Counted from the stretch's first letter, positions 9,904 to 22,628 are shown. The stretch is DNA of 64,000 nucleotides from Actinomycetota bacterium (GCA_046051985.1 JBJONF010000001.1:42294-106293), one strand, 5' to 3'. A program made the numbers and translations. Notes: generated from the sequence alone by a model not told the origin.

Positions 9904-12900
9904 GTGTATTTGAAGAGTATGACGCTCAAGGGCTTTAAGTCCTTCGCTTCGGCAACCACTCTTCGTCTCGAACCTGGTATCACCTGCGTGGTTGGCCCTA
10001 ACGGTTCAGGTAAATCAAATGTTGTAGATGCCCTCACCTGGGTTATGGGTGAGCAAGGCGCAAAGTCACTTCGCGGCGGAAAGATGGAAGATGTCATCTT
10101 CGCCGGCACTAGCGGTCGAGCTCCACTTGGTCGCGCCGAAGTTTCACTGACTATTGATAACAGTGATGGCGCACTTCCAATTGATTACACAGAAGTAACT
10201 ATTTCTAGAATTTTATTTAGAAATGGACAAAGTGAATACCAAATTAATGGTGAAGCTTCCCGCTTACTAGATATTCAGGAGCTATTGAGCGATTCAGGTA
10301 TTGGTCGCGAAATGCACGTGATCGTTGGACAAGGTCAACTTGATGCAATTTTGATGGCCACACCTGAAGATCGACGTGGATTCATTGAAGAAGCAGCCGG
10401 CGTATTGAAGCACCGTAAGCGCAAAGAGAAAGCGCTTCGTAAATTAGATTCAATGCAGGCCAACCTTGCACGCGTTCAAGATTTAACAGTTGAACTTCGT
10501 CGCCAACTTCGACCATTAGGTAAGCAGGCAGAGGTTGCTAAGAAAGCTGCAACTATTCAAGCCGACCTACGTGATGCGAAATTGCGCTTGTTGGCCGATG
10601 ACTTTATTTCTATGTCTAAGACCCTAGAACTAGAAGTTGCTGACGAGAATGCTCTTCGTGACCGCAGGTCTGCAGTTGAAAATGAGCTTGACACAGTCAG
10701 ACGACGTGAAGAAGCTTTAGATGCACAAGCTGCACATGAAAGCCCGTTGCTAGTTGCTGCTCAAGAGACTTTTTACAACTTAAACTCATTGCGAGAAAAA
10801 TTCCGTGGAACTCAAAGCTTGGCCCAAGAGCGTTCCCGATTTCTCAATGAAGAAGCTGAAGAAGCTCGCACATCAGGTCGAGATCCTGAAAGTTTGGATG
10901 CCGAAGCACGGACACTTCGTTTAGAAGAAACCCAACTTCGTGCAGATGTACTTTCTGCCCAGCAAGAATTGGCACAGGCCACGACCGCACTTGCTCAGGC
11001 AGAGTCTGCGCTAAAAAGTGATGAAGACACTATTGCTGCAGCGATGCGTGCTATTGCTGATGCGCGTGAAGGAACTGCTCGTCAAGAGGGTCACATTAAG
11101 TCTTTGAATGCACGACTTGAAGCGATCACCGAAGAAATCGAGCGTTTAACTAGGGCCCGTGATGAGGCACAAAATAGAGTTGATCAAGCCAAGCAGCAAT
11201 ATTCAGCGTACGAACTTGAAATCGCAAGTGCTGATTCAGGTGAACTAGGTTTAGATTCGCAATACGAAAACGCTAAATCATCTTTGGATGCGGCAAAGAA
11301 TAAGCACACTGAACTAGTTGATGCAGAACGCGCAGCAGATCGCGAAAGAAACGCGGTTGAATCCAAACTTGAGGCGATGCAGCTGACTTCACAGAGTCGA
11401 GACGGCGCATCTGCGCTCCTGCGTGATTCTCGCGGGGTAGCAATCCTTGGAAGCATCGCTGGATTGATCGAGATTGATAATGGCTGGGAAGCTGCCGCAG
11501 CTGCAGCACTTGGAACTTTGGCCGACGCCGTAGTTGTTAAGGATCTTTCATCTGCAGTAACTGCTCTAACAACTCTTCGCAATGAAAATCTGGGTCAAGC
11601 CGATGTGCTTGTTTACGAACCTGGTCAAAGCGCCAACTCAACAATTCCTGCTGGTCTAAATCCGCTCTCAGCGCATATTCGTTCTTCCGCTATTGGTGAT
11701 TTGCTTTCATCTCTTCTCGCATCCACTGTCGTCGCCGAGAATGCAAATGCGGCAGAAGCAATTTTAAGATCCCACCCATCAGTAACCGTTGTAACCCGTG
11801 ATGGAGACATTGTTTCTCGCGGCCGAGCACGAGGCGGATCCAAGTCGTCATCTTCACTCATTGAAATTAAGGCATTGATTGAAGCTCTAGAAACCAAGCT
11901 TTCAGAGATTGCTCACAATTGCGATCGCCTAAAGTTCGAAATTTCTGTAGCATCAACTGAAGTTGGAGCACGTCAAGCTGATTTTGATGAAGCTCTTTCT
12001 AAACTTAATGAATCAGATGCTCGAATTGCAGCCTTAACTGAACAACTGGCAGTTTCTGGTCAAAATATGAAATCTGCAATGGCCGAAGTTGAGCGCTTGA
12101 ATACTTCAATTGCGGAAGCAACAACAGCAAAATCTCGCGATGAAGGTGAAATCACTATTGCAAAGTCACAGCTACAACAACGCGGTGATGTTGCAGAACC
12201 TGATCACTCACGCACCGAAGAGCTTCGCAATAAAGTTTCAATTGTCCGTACATCCGAAGTTGAAGCCCGCCTTGCAGTTCGTACTATTGAAGAACGTGTT
12301 GATTCAGTAGCAGCGCGTGCCCTGGCTTTGGAGCAGTCTGCACAAGCAGAACGAGATGCATCAGAGCGAGCGATTGTTCGACGCAGTACACGTGCTCGTG
12401 CAGCGGTAATTTCACAAGCTGTCGCAGAGGCTGCTTATGAAGTTCTTATCCATATCGAACGCTCCATCGCAAAGGCTGCAACCGAACGAGGACGCCTTGA
12501 AGAGTCTCGTGCAGCACGAGATGGTGAAACCTTAACTGTCCGAACACGTGGCAGAGAGTTAGCGGCACAATTAGAACAACTTACTTCTAGCGTTCACAAA
12601 GATGAGATTGCTCGTGCAGAACAACGACTGCGTATTGAAACGCTAGAGGCAAAGACAGTTGAAGAGTTTGGAATTGATACGTCAACCTTGGTTAACGAAT
12701 ACGGTCCAGATAAGGATGTGCCAACATTCCACGAGACCGATGAAGGTGAAATCATTTCCACCGAGATGGTTCCATACCGTCGCGATCAACAAGAAAAGCG
12801 CCTGGCTTCGGCTGAACGCTCACTAAATTTGCTCGGAAAGATTAATCCGCTAGCGCTCGAGGAGTACACATCGCTAGAAGAGCGACTTAAGTTCTTAGCT

Positions 12901-13440
12901 GAGCAGTTAGAAGATTTGAAGAACACCAAGAAAGATCTCTTGGACATCATTAAAGAGGTTGATGATCGCGTGCAATCAATCTTCATGGAAGCTTATGAAG
13001 AGACGGCAAAACACTTCGAAGAGATCTTCGCCAGACTCTTCCCAGGTGGAGATGGCCGCTTGATCTTGACTGATCCCGATAATCCTTTGACAACCGGAGT
13101 TGATGTCGAGGCACGTCCACCAGGAAAGCGTGTGAAGCGCCTTTCTCTACTTTCAGGTGGAGAAAAGTCATTGACCGCAGTTGCCATGTTGGTAGCTATC
13201 TTTAAAGCGCGACCAAGTCCGTTCTATGTGCTGGATGAAGTTGAAGCCGCACTGGATGATGTAAACCTTGGTCGTTTGTTAGGTGTACTCGAAGAGCTGC
13301 GTGCGAGTTCTCAGCTGATCATCATTACTCACCAAAAGCGCACTATGGAAATTGCAGATGCTCTATATGGCGTAACAATGCGTGGCGATGGTGTGACAGA
13401 AGTTATTTCACAACGTCTGCGCGAATCTGACGCAAGTTAA
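9904..13440 (+). CDS. smc: Chromosome segregation protein SMC
   Basis: GPNGSGKS Walker A, coiled coils and hinge, LSGGE signature, LDEVEAALD. Confidence 0.97.
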   Translation: MYLKSMTLKGFKSFASATTLRLEPGITCVVGPNGSGKSNVVDALTWVMGEQGAKSLRGGKMEDVIFAGTSGRAPLGRAEVSLTIDNSDGALPIDYTEVTISRILFRNGQSEYQINGEASRLLDIQELLSDSGIGREMHVIVGQGQLDAILMATPEDRRGFIEEAAGVLKHRKRKEKALRKLDSMQANLARVQDLTVELRRQLRPLGKQAEVAKKAATIQADLRDAKLRLLADDFISMSKTLELEVADENALRDRRSAVENELDTVRRREEALDAQAAHESPLLVAAQETFYNLNSLREKFRGTQSLAQERSRFLNEEAEEARTSGRDPESLDAEARTLRLEETQLRADVLSAQQELAQATTALAQAESALKSDEDTIAAAMRAIADAREGTARQEGHIKSLNARLEAITEEIERLTRARDEAQNRVDQAKQQYSAYELEIASADSGELGLDSQYENAKSSLDAAKNKHTELVDAERAADRERNAVESKLEAMQLTSQSRDGASALLRDSRGVAILGSIAGLIEIDNGWEAAAAAALGTLADAVVVKDLSSAVTALTTLRNENLGQADVLVYEPGQSANSTIPAGLNPLSAHIRSSAIGDLLSSLLASTVVAENANAAEAILRSHPSVTVVTRDGDIVSRGRARGGSKSSSSLIEIKALIEALETKLSEIAHNCDRLKFEISVASTEVGARQADFDEALSKLNESDARIAALTEQLAVSGQNMKSAMAEVERLNTSIAEATTAKSRDEGEITIAKSQLQQRGDVAEPDHSRTEELRNKVSIVRTSEVEARLAVRTIEERVDSVAARALALEQSAQAERDASERAIVRRSTRARAAVISQAVAEAAYEVLIHIERSIAKAATERGRLEESRAARDGETLTVRTRGRELAAQLEQLTSSVHKDEIARAEQRLRIETLEAKTVEEFGIDTSTLVNEYGPDKDVPTFHETDEGEIISTEMVPYRRDQQEKRLASAERSLNLLGKINPLALEEYTSLEERLKFLAEQLEDLKNTKKDLLDIIKEVDDRVQSIFMEAYEETAKHFEEIFARLFPGGDGRLILTDPDNPLTTGVDVEARPPGKRVKRLSLLSGGEKSLTAVAMLVAIFKARPSPFYVLDEVEAALDDVNLGRLLGVLEELRASSQLIIITHQKRTMEIADALYGVTMRGDGVTEVISQRLRESDAS

Positions 13441-13451
13441 GGATCTTTTCG

Positions 13452-14288
13452 ATGGGTCTTTTTAGTAAGTTCATCGCCAAAATAAAAGGCACCAATGACT
13501 TTTCACCCGCCGATTGGGCAGATCTAGAACAAGAGCTTTTGTCCTCAGATATAGGACCTAAGTTAGCTAAAGAGTTTTTAGAGGCAGCTAAGAAAGTTAA
13601 AAGCGATAATGCAGAAACAGCATTAATTGAGATTATGACTCAAAATTTATCCAAGAGCTCACACAAACCAATTATCGTAGATGGAACCACAACAATCATG
13701 GTCGTTGGTGTTAACGGCACAGGTAAGACAACTTCAGTTGCGAAATTAGCCTCGCATTACAAGCGCAATGGAAAAAGCGTTGTCTTGGCAGCAGGGGACA
13801 CCTTTAGAGCAGCAGCGGTTGATCAACTGCAAACGTGGGGAGAACGTATTGGTGTCGTAGTTGTCTCCGGTAAAGAAAACGGAGACCCGGCATCGGTTGC
13901 ATTTGATGGAGCACAAAATGCTAAGAATTCGCGCAGCGATATTTTCATAATTGATACCGCTGGACGTTTGCATAACAAAAGTGATCTCATGGCAGAGCTA
14001 TCAAAGGTAAAGCGCGTCGTCGAAAAAGTTTCACCGATAAATGAGGTCTTACTTGTCATTGATGCAACCACTGGCCAAAATGGGTTGCAGCAAGCAAAGA
14101 TCTTTACTGAAAGCGTTGATGTAACAGGTATCGTCCTGACAAAACTTGATGGAAGCGCTAAGGGCGGCGTCGCTCTGGCAATCGAAGCCGAGCTAGGCAT
14201 CCCCATCAAATGGATTGGCACGGGGGAGTCTGAAACGGATTTTGCCCCCTTTGACGCTCAAAGCTATATCGCTGGGTTACTGGCGTAA
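13452..14288 (+). CDS. ftsY: SRP receptor FtsY (short, NG domain only)
   Basis: GVNGTGKTT, DTFRAAA, DTAGR, TKLDGSAKGG. Confidence 0.95.
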   Translation: MGLFSKFIAKIKGTNDFSPADWADLEQELLSSDIGPKLAKEFLEAAKKVKSDNAETALIEIMTQNLSKSSHKPIIVDGTTTIMVVGVNGTGKTTSVAKLASHYKRNGKSVVLAAGDTFRAAAVDQLQTWGERIGVVVVSGKENGDPASVAFDGAQNAKNSRSDIFIIDTAGRLHNKSDLMAELSKVKRVVEKVSPINEVLLVIDATTGQNGLQQAKIFTESVDVTGIVLTKLDGSAKGGVALAIEAELGIPIKWIGTGESETDFAPFDAQSYIAGLLA

Positions 14289-14331
14289 CCCAGATTTAAC
14301 ACAACCCTTGGTTTTGTCACCAGGTTGAAAC
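14285..14331 (+). promoter_or_regulatory. GlnR boxes upstream of amtB-glnK-glnD
   Basis: GTCAC-n6-GAAAC (14316-14331) matches the actinobacterial GlnR consensus gTnAc-n6-GaAAc. A weaker GTAAC-n6-TTAAC lies at 14285-14300. Confidence 0.8.
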
Positions 14332-14419
14332 CAACCAATCCTCTCTTTGTAACTGAAGGTAGAGAAGGTTCACACATCTCAAAGGCGAGAAATTTCTCGA
14401 ATTAAATTAGGTGGTTTTC

Positions 14420-16044
<1,625 letters not shown>

Positions 16045-16054
16045 ACTCACCTCT

Positions 16055-18331
16055 ATGAGTACCCGAGAGCGGCGAGAGCGATCGAACGAGAGCGATCGAT
16101 TTCTCACTGAGCTATTCCACAAAGCCACAAAGGCTCACAATGGAATTGATTCGGGTAAGGAGATAGCACTCGCCGCGGTTGGAGGGTATGGCCGCGGCGA
16201 GTTATCTCCAGGTTCTGATCTGGACATTTTGTTTGTACATTCGGGAAAAATTGAATCTGAATTACTAAAAGCGTTCGTTAATGAAGTTCTTTATCCATTA
16301 TGGGATAAAAAGAGTGTGGATCATTCAGTCAGAACTCGAAGTGAAAATCGTGAAGCAGTAAATGCAGATTTACGGGTTGCGACAGGCTTGCTCGACATCC
16401 GTCTGATTGCAGGCAACGCTGAATTAGTTGCAAACGTGAAAAGTGATTCTTTGGATTTCTGGCGAAAAAACGCCAAAGACAACCTTGTTTCATTGCGCAA
16501 AAGTTTGCAAGAACGTCATGCGCGGGCCGGAGAACTAGCTTATTTACTGGAACCTGACCTGAAGGAAGCCCGAGGCGGATTGCGTGACATACAGGCGCTA
16601 CGAGCAATCTCGCTCACAGGAGCAGTTGCTGTCCCTTTAGAAAAAGTGAGCTGGGCTGAAGCGACACTCAACAATGTTCGCGAGTCCTTGCACATTGCAA
16701 GTGGGCGCAGCAAAGATCAATTGCTTTTTCAGGAGCAAGACAAAGTTGCAACACTCTTAAAGTACAGCGATGCAGATGCCATGATGAGCGAAGTCGCAAG
16801 AGCTGCGCGCTCTGTTGATTTCCTACTGACTTACACCTGGCATGCGGTTGAAAATAAAAGCTCTGACGGAATCAGTCGTATTTTAAGAAGAGATCGTGTC
16901 GCAACCGTCGCTAAAAATGTGAGTGCTTCAAATCGTGAGATTTCAATTGACCCGCTGGAATCTTTGGATGAAGATCCTGTTGTTGGATTACGTGCCGCAG
17001 CAACGGCGGCGCAACTTGGTCTACCGCTGTCACTGGATTCATGCACAGATTTGGCAGTAAGGCTTAAGAAGGGTGAAGGAAAACTAACCAATCCCTGGCC
17101 CAAGGAAGCTCGAGAACTTCTGATCACATTAATTGGTGCTGGTGAAACCATGGTCGGCATTTTCGAGTCATTGGATCAGGAAGAGATCATCTTTGAATGG
17201 ATCCCTGAATGGTTAAGTGTTCGTTCCTTGCCGCAAAGAAACGCATTACATCGCCATACCGTTGATCGACATATGGTTGAAACCGCGGTGTATGCAGCCA
17301 ATTTAACCCGAAAAGTTCAACGTCCCGATTTGCTTCTCTTTGCTGCACTCTTTCACGACATTGGAAAAGGAACCCAAGAGGATCATTCTGAGCGTGGTGT
17401 GCGCTTGATTGAACCGATCGCGAAAAGAATTGGCTTTGCAGACAGGGATATTGAAGTTCTTAAGAATCTAGTGCAACACCATTTATTACTTTCATCGACC
17501 GCAACACGTCGTGACTTAGATGATCCAGCCACAATTCAATCGGTTCTTGCCGTGATTCCTGATGTAAATACCTTAGAACTTCTTCACGCTTTAAGTATCG
17601 CTGATGGGGAAGCGACAGGAAGTGCTGGGTGGAGTGAATGGAAGGCCACTCTTGTAAAGGATTTGGTTCAAAGAGTTAAGCGAGCCATGGCAGGTGCTGA
17701 AGTTGCCCAGCAACCAGAAATAAGTGATGAACAAAGATCTTTAGCTGAAGCTGGTCAATTACTTGTCAGGTTAGCCGAACATGAAAATGGATATGCGGTC
17801 GAAGTAGTTTCACCTGATAAGCCAGGGCTTTTATCAATTGTTGCTGGGGTTTTAAATATTTCTCGGCTCGATGTGAAATCTGCTCGCACGAAAACAATAG
17901 GAAATTCTGCTGTCATGAATTGGATTGTCACGCCTGAGCCCCATGCACCAGAAATTAGCCAAGCCAAGCTGCATGAATTAATCGCATCAGCTCTGATTGA
18001 CTCAAGAGATGTAGAGGAAAGATTGCTTACCCGTGCGGCAGCGTATGCATCAAAACCATCGATCCCAGTTCCGGATCCTGTTGTAGAGATCTTTACAGAA
18101 GCTGCAACAGATGCAACGGTCATTGAGGTTCGAAGTCATGACAGACCTGGATTACTTTTTAGAATTGGAGCGGCGATTACTCAATCTAAGGTTGATATTC
18201 GCTCTGCAATTGTTACCACCCTTGGTGCAGAGGCGATTGATACCCTTTATGTAACAGAACTAACTGGAGGACCGTTATCTGTTGAGCGCGCCAACGAGGT
18301 CGCTTCGCACCTAAGGCAGGCCTTGAAGTAG
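16055..18331 (+). CDS. glnD: [Protein-PII] nucleotidyltransferase
   Basis: AVGGYGRGELSPGSDLD NTase motif, HDIGKG HD domain, two ACT domains. Confidence 0.95.
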   Translation: MSTRERRERSNESDRFLTELFHKATKAHNGIDSGKEIALAAVGGYGRGELSPGSDLDILFVHSGKIESELLKAFVNEVLYPLWDKKSVDHSVRTRSENREAVNADLRVATGLLDIRLIAGNAELVANVKSDSLDFWRKNAKDNLVSLRKSLQERHARAGELAYLLEPDLKEARGGLRDIQALRAISLTGAVAVPLEKVSWAEATLNNVRESLHIASGRSKDQLLFQEQDKVATLLKYSDADAMMSEVARAARSVDFLLTYTWHAVENKSSDGISRILRRDRVATVAKNVSASNREISIDPLESLDEDPVVGLRAAATAAQLGLPLSLDSCTDLAVRLKKGEGKLTNPWPKEARELLITLIGAGETMVGIFESLDQEEIIFEWIPEWLSVRSLPQRNALHRHTVDRHMVETAVYAANLTRKVQRPDLLLFAALFHDIGKGTQEDHSERGVRLIEPIAKRIGFADRDIEVLKNLVQHHLLLSSTATRRDLDDPATIQSVLAVIPDVNTLELLHALSIADGEATGSAGWSEWKATLVKDLVQRVKRAMAGAEVAQQPEISDEQRSLAEAGQLLVRLAEHENGYAVEVVSPDKPGLLSIVAGVLNISRLDVKSARTKTIGNSAVMNWIVTPEPHAPEISQAKLHELIASALIDSRDVEERLLTRAAAYASKPSIPVPDPVVEIFTEAATDATVIEVRSHDRPGLLFRIGAAITQSKVDIRSAIVTTLGAEAIDTLYVTELTGGPLSVERANEVASHLRQALK

Positions 18332-18343
18332 TCTTCCCTCCTT

Positions 18344-19780
18344 ATGTTTGAGTCACTGACCTCGCGCTTTAGCGGAGCTTTCTCTTCGCTTCGCTCAAAG
18401 GGCAAGATATCTACATCAGATATCGAAACTACCTGTCTAGAGATTCGACAAGCTCTTCTTGAATCAGATGTGGCACTTTCGGTTGTTGAGGATTTCATCG
18501 CTGATATCCGTCAAAAATCCCTTGATGCATTACCAACTTTGCAATCAGGAAGTAACCAAGCAAATGCGATCTTTGAAATCGTTAATGCATCATTGATTGA
18601 AATTCTTGGGGGACAGGCACGCAGAGTTCGCTTTGCTAAAAATCCTCCAACAGTGATCATGTTGGCTGGTTTACAAGGTGCCGGTAAAACAACTTTGGCG
18701 GGAAAGCTTGCAAAGTTTTATGCCGAACAAGGAAACACTCCGCTACTTGTCGCGTCAGATTTACAACGCCCTAACGCCGTTACACAGCTGCAAGTTGTTG
18801 GTGAATCAGTCAATGTTCCAGTCTTTGCCCCTGAACCCGGTAACGGCCAAGGAAATCCGGTAAAGGTTGCAAAAGACGGTATCGAGTTTGCAAAGTCCAA
18901 GATGTACAACATGGTCATTGTTGATACAGCAGGCCGACTGGGTGTCGATGAAGATTTGATGAAGCAAGCATCAGACATTCGTGATGCGATCAATCCAGAT
19001 GAGATTTTGTTTGTTGTCGATGCAATGATCGGACAAGATGCGGTTAGAACATCACAGGCGTTTTTAGATGGCGTTGGTTTTGATGGGGTTGTTCTTACCA
19101 AGCTCGATGGTGATGCCAGAGGTGGTGCCGCACTTTCCATCGCTTCGATGACTAAGCGACCAATTATGTTTGCTTCAACGGGTGAAAAACTTCACGAGTT
19201 CGATATTTTCTATCCAGAACGAATGGCTTCGCGCATCTTGGGTCTGGGCGATGTTGCAACCTTGGCCGAACAAGCAAAGAAAGCATTTGATACCGATACA
19301 TCAGCAAAACTTGAAGCTAAGTTTGTAAGCGGTGAAGATTTCACTTTAGAAGATTTCCTGGAACAACTGCAGGCGATGTCAAAGATGGGCAACATGTCCA
19401 AGTTAATGGGCATGCTTCCGGGTGCTGGCCAAATGAAAAAACAGATTGAAAACTTTGATGAAGGCGAGATTGTTCGCACCAAAGCAATAGTTCAATCAAT
19501 GACACCGACAGAGCGCCGTGATCCAAAGGTTCTGAACGGTTCTCGCAGAGCTCGAATTGCCCTGGGTTCTGGCCGAAAAGTTTCAGATGTAAACAATTTG
19601 GTGGATCGATTCACCGCTGCACAAAAGATGATGAAGCAGGTCCGTAATGGTGGAATGCCAGCTGGAATGCCTCCCGGAATGGGTATGCCAGCCCTGCCAA
19701 AGGTCAACGCTGCGGCCAATAAGAAGAAGAAGTCCAAATCTGGAAATCCTGCCAAGCGAGCGCTGGACGAAGGACAGTAA
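18344..19780 (+). CDS. ffh: Signal recognition particle protein
   Basis: GLQGAGKTT, DTAGR, TKLDGDARGG and Met-rich M domain. Confidence 0.97.
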   Translation: MFESLTSRFSGAFSSLRSKGKISTSDIETTCLEIRQALLESDVALSVVEDFIADIRQKSLDALPTLQSGSNQANAIFEIVNASLIEILGGQARRVRFAKNPPTVIMLAGLQGAGKTTLAGKLAKFYAEQGNTPLLVASDLQRPNAVTQLQVVGESVNVPVFAPEPGNGQGNPVKVAKDGIEFAKSKMYNMVIVDTAGRLGVDEDLMKQASDIRDAINPDEILFVVDAMIGQDAVRTSQAFLDGVGFDGVVLTKLDGDARGGAALSIASMTKRPIMFASTGEKLHEFDIFYPERMASRILGLGDVATLAEQAKKAFDTDTSAKLEAKFVSGEDFTLEDFLEQLQAMSKMGNMSKLMGMLPGAGQMKKQIENFDEGEIVRTKAIVQSMTPTERRDPKVLNGSRRARIALGSGRKVSDVNNLVDRFTAAQKMMKQVRNGGMPAGMPPGMGMPALPKVNAAANKKKKSKSGNPAKRALDEGQ

Positions 19781-19940
19781 AGGCCGATTTCCCTCTTTTG
19801 GGCATAAATGGCAGAATTAGGAACCTGTTGACGGGGCCCTCTACCCCCAGCAACATCCACAATTCGATAGTCATCTGAATTGACCGCGCACCCCGCTGCG
19901 GTTGATACGCATGACACACATTTACAGGAGTACAACTTTC

Positions 19941-20471
19941 TTGGCTACAAAAATTCGTTTAATGCGCATGGGCAAAATCCGCACACCATTTTTCCGCGTT
20001 GTTGTTACAGATGCGCGCAAGGCACGTAACGGTCTATCAATCGAAGAGATTGGTCGCTACGTTCCAGGACAAGAGCCATCACTTATCGAGATCAACTCAG
20101 AGCGCGCTCTGTACTGGCTCGGCGTTGGTGCACAACCATCTGAAGCTGTAGAGGCTTTGCTTAAGGTGACTGGAGATTGGCAGAAGTACAAGGGACTTCC
20201 TGGAACTGAAGGAACTCTTAAGGTTGCAGCTGTTAAGCCAGGAAAGATTGTTGCTTACGAAGCAGCGATGAAGGCAGCAGCTGCAGAACCTGCAGAAGGT
20301 GCAACAACATTGAAGAAGAAGGCACAGGAGAAGCTTGCAGCTAAGGCAAATCCGGTAGTTGAAGAAGCGCCAGTTGTGTCCGAGCCAGAAGTTAACGAAG
20401 CTGTGGCAGAGGTTCCAGCTGTAGAAGCGACTGCAGATGCAGTGGTTGAGACAGAAGCGGCTGCAGAGTAA
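19941..20471 (+). CDS. rpsP: 30S ribosomal protein S16 with Ala/Glu-rich C-terminal extension
   Basis: [24 protein letters not shown] start at 19941 follows an AGGAG RBS. Confidence 0.95.
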   Translation: MATKIRLMRMGKIRTPFFRVVVTDARKARNGLSIEEIGRYVPGQEPSLIEINSERALYWLGVGAQPSEAVEALLKVTGDWQKYKGLPGTEGTLKVAAVKPGKIVAYEAAMKAAAAEPAEGATTLKKKAQEKLAAKANPVVEEAPVVSEPEVNEAVAEVPAVEATADAVVETEAAAE

Positions 20472-20473
20472 AA

Positions 20474-20713
20474 ATGATGGATGAAGCCCTAGAGCATTTG
20501 GTCAAGGGAATCGTCGATAACCCCGATGATGTCGTTGTCGCTGAAAAAAGCGGACGTCGCGGAACAACTTTAGAGGTTCGCGTTAACCCTGAAGATATCG
20601 GCAAGGTCATTGGTCGTAATGGTCGTACCGCAAAAGCACTTCGTACCGTTGTAAGTGCGCTCGCAGGACGCACAGTCCGCGTCGATCTCATCGAGACCGA
20701 CGAAGTTCGCTAA
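20474..20713 (+). CDS. khpA: KH-domain RNA-binding protein
   Basis: GKVIGRNGRTA KH motif; lies between rpsP and rimM. Confidence 0.92.
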   Translation: MMDEALEHLVKGIVDNPDDVVVAEKSGRRGTTLEVRVNPEDIGKVIGRNGRTAKALRTVVSALAGRTVRVDLIETDEVR

Positions 20714-20715
20714 CA

Positions 20716-21219
20716 ATGCGCTTGCTCGTGGGGCGAATTGGTCGCGCTCACGGAATTCTTGGTGAAGCGACGATAGAGGTTCGTACAGATGAACCTGATC
20801 GTCGCTTTGCCATTGGTGCAGTAGTTCAGACAGATACGCACGGAAATCTAAAGATCATCTCTGGACGCGTTCATAATGGAATTTTGTTGCTTGGCTTTGA
20901 AGGCATCACTGATCGCAATGGCATTGAAAAACTGCGCAACACCATGCTGTACGCAGATGTTGATATCAACGAGCAAAGCGATGATGAAGACGAGTACCAC
21001 GTACTTCAATTGATTGGTTGCCAAGCCGTCCTTGAAAATGGTGAAGCATTTGGCGAAGTAAGCGATGTGATTAATCTTCCAGGCCAAGACTTGCTAGCAA
21101 TCAAAACAGCTAATGGAGAACAGTTGATTCCTTTTGTACATCAATTAGTCCCAACAGTCGACATTGCCAATAAGAAAATCGTTGTCATTCCACCTTCTAT
21201 CACGGGGGTAATTGAATGA
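20716..21219 (+). CDS. rimM: Ribosome maturation factor
   Basis: GRIGRAHGILGE, PRC barrel LIPFV, operon context. Confidence 0.94.
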   Translation: MRLLVGRIGRAHGILGEATIEVRTDEPDRRFAIGAVVQTDTHGNLKIISGRVHNGILLLGFEGITDRNGIEKLRNTMLYADVDINEQSDDEDEYHVLQLIGCQAVLENGEAFGEVSDVINLPGQDLLAIKTANGEQLIPFVHQLVPTVDIANKKIVVIPPSITGVIE

Positions 21220-21884
21220 AGATAGATGCGGTAACAATTTTTCCTGACTACTTTGCACCTTTGCAATTATCCTTACTTGGTAAAGCGCAAGACCAAGGGT
21301 TAGTCGAATTTGGGATTCATGATTTGCGTGCTTTTTCAACTGATAATCACAATACGGTAGATGACACTCCATATGGCGGCGGGGCTGGAATGGTGATGCT
21401 CCCAGAAGTTTGGGGCAAAGCTCTTGATCCTTTAATGACAGCGCAAACAGATTTGATCATTTTGACCCCTGCGGGAAAGCGATTTGATCAACCGATGGCG
21501 GCAAGCCTTTCTCAATCAAAGCACCTGGTTTTTGCTTGTGGTCGCTATGAAGGTATCGATGATCGAGTGCGCCAATATTATGAAAACAAGAGTTATCGGG
21601 TTCACGAAGTTTCAATTGGAGATTATGTTCTAGGTGGGGGAGAAGTTGCTTCCTTAGTGATGATTGAAGCGATCACACGATTAATTCCCGGAGTATTAGG
21701 TAATCCAGAATCATTGGCAGAAGAGTCGCACAATGAAGAGGGATACCTGGAATATCCAAACTTTACAAAGCCTGCGATGTGGCGAGATCTTGAGGTACCA
21801 GCGATCTTGTTGAGTGGAAATCATGGCGAGATAGCTAAATGGCGCGCGGCGCAAGCAGCAGAGCGCGCAAAGAAGAATCTGTAG
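21216..21884 (+). CDS. trmD: tRNA (guanine37-N1)-methyltransferase
   Basis: DDTPYGGGAGMV, CGRYEGID, SIGDYVLGGGE. Confidence 0.97.
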   Translation: MKIDAVTIFPDYFAPLQLSLLGKAQDQGLVEFGIHDLRAFSTDNHNTVDDTPYGGGAGMVMLPEVWGKALDPLMTAQTDLIILTPAGKRFDQPMAASLSQSKHLVFACGRYEGIDDRVRQYYENKSYRVHEVSIGDYVLGGGEVASLVMIEAITRLIPGVLGNPESLAEESHNEEGYLEYPNFTKPAMWRDLEVPAILLSGNHGEIAKWRAAQAAERAKKNL

Positions 21885-21905
21885 CCATCAAGTAGAGTTG
21901 TCCCC

Positions 21906-22628
21906 ATGTGCAGATTACTAGCCTTTACTTCATTAGAGCGTAAGAGTTTTTACGATGTTGTTGGCTCAGATTTTGAGAAATTTGTTGCTTTGTCTGCCGA
22001 ACATAAAGATGGTTGGGGCATAGGTTACGAAGGCGAAATTGTTAAAGACATTAACCCTGCCAAGGAAAGTGATCTTCTAGCCAAAACTGGCAAGAATCTA
22101 GAAACAGCAGGGGCGCTATTTCATCTACGTCTTGCTTCAAAAGGCATCACCATAAATATTGATAACAATCATCCATTTACTCATGGAACAACAACATTTA
22201 TGCACAATGGCACGATTCGTCCTTCTGATACCGCTGAACAGTTTATTAGCCCAAAGTACCGAGAGCTAATCACCGGAACCACAGATAGTGAACGATTCTT
22301 CTATGCTCTTTTATCTCAAATAGATGAACTGGGTTTAGTTGAAGGTATCCGCAGTACAGTTAATTTGGTTCGCGCAATTGCAGATTACTCTGCGATTAAC
22401 ATTATGGTCCAAACACCAGAAACCTTGATTGCTGTATGCGAATTCAATGAGAGCAACCAGAGCGAATGGAGTGGGCCTGACCATTACGAGCTTCGCTTCT
22501 CTGTACGCGAAGGTGATTTCTTAGTCGCTTCAACTGGATGGGGAAATTCGGATTGGGAGCACCTTGATAATCATCAGATGCTTGTTGTAAATCGTTCGAA
22601 TCTTGAGTATTCAATATCGCCTCTATGA
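21906..22628 (+). CDS. Class II glutamine amidotransferase / Ntn-hydrolase (EgtC/YafJ-like)
   Basis: MCRL N-terminal nucleophile Cys, HKDGWG, HLRLAS, NNHPF, HNGTI, GTTDSE. Confidence 0.85.
   Translation: MCRLLAFTSLERKSFYDVVGSDFEKFVALSAEHKDGWGIGYEGEIVKDINPAKESDLLAKTGKNLETAGALFHLRLASKGITINIDNNHPFTHGTTTFMHNGTIRPSDTAEQFISPKYRELITGTTDSERFFYALLSQIDELGLVEGIRSTVNLVRAIADYSAINIMVQTPETLIAVCEFNESNQSEWSGPDHYELRFSVREGDFLVASTGWGNSDWEHLDNHQMLVVNRSNLEYSISPL

Noticed and set aside
19650-19700. GGMPAGMPPGMGMP low-complexity repeat in ffh, also the Lys-rich hup and Ala/Glu-rich S16 tails
   Set aside because: Normal protein-level features of these families in Actinobacteria, not DNA repeats.
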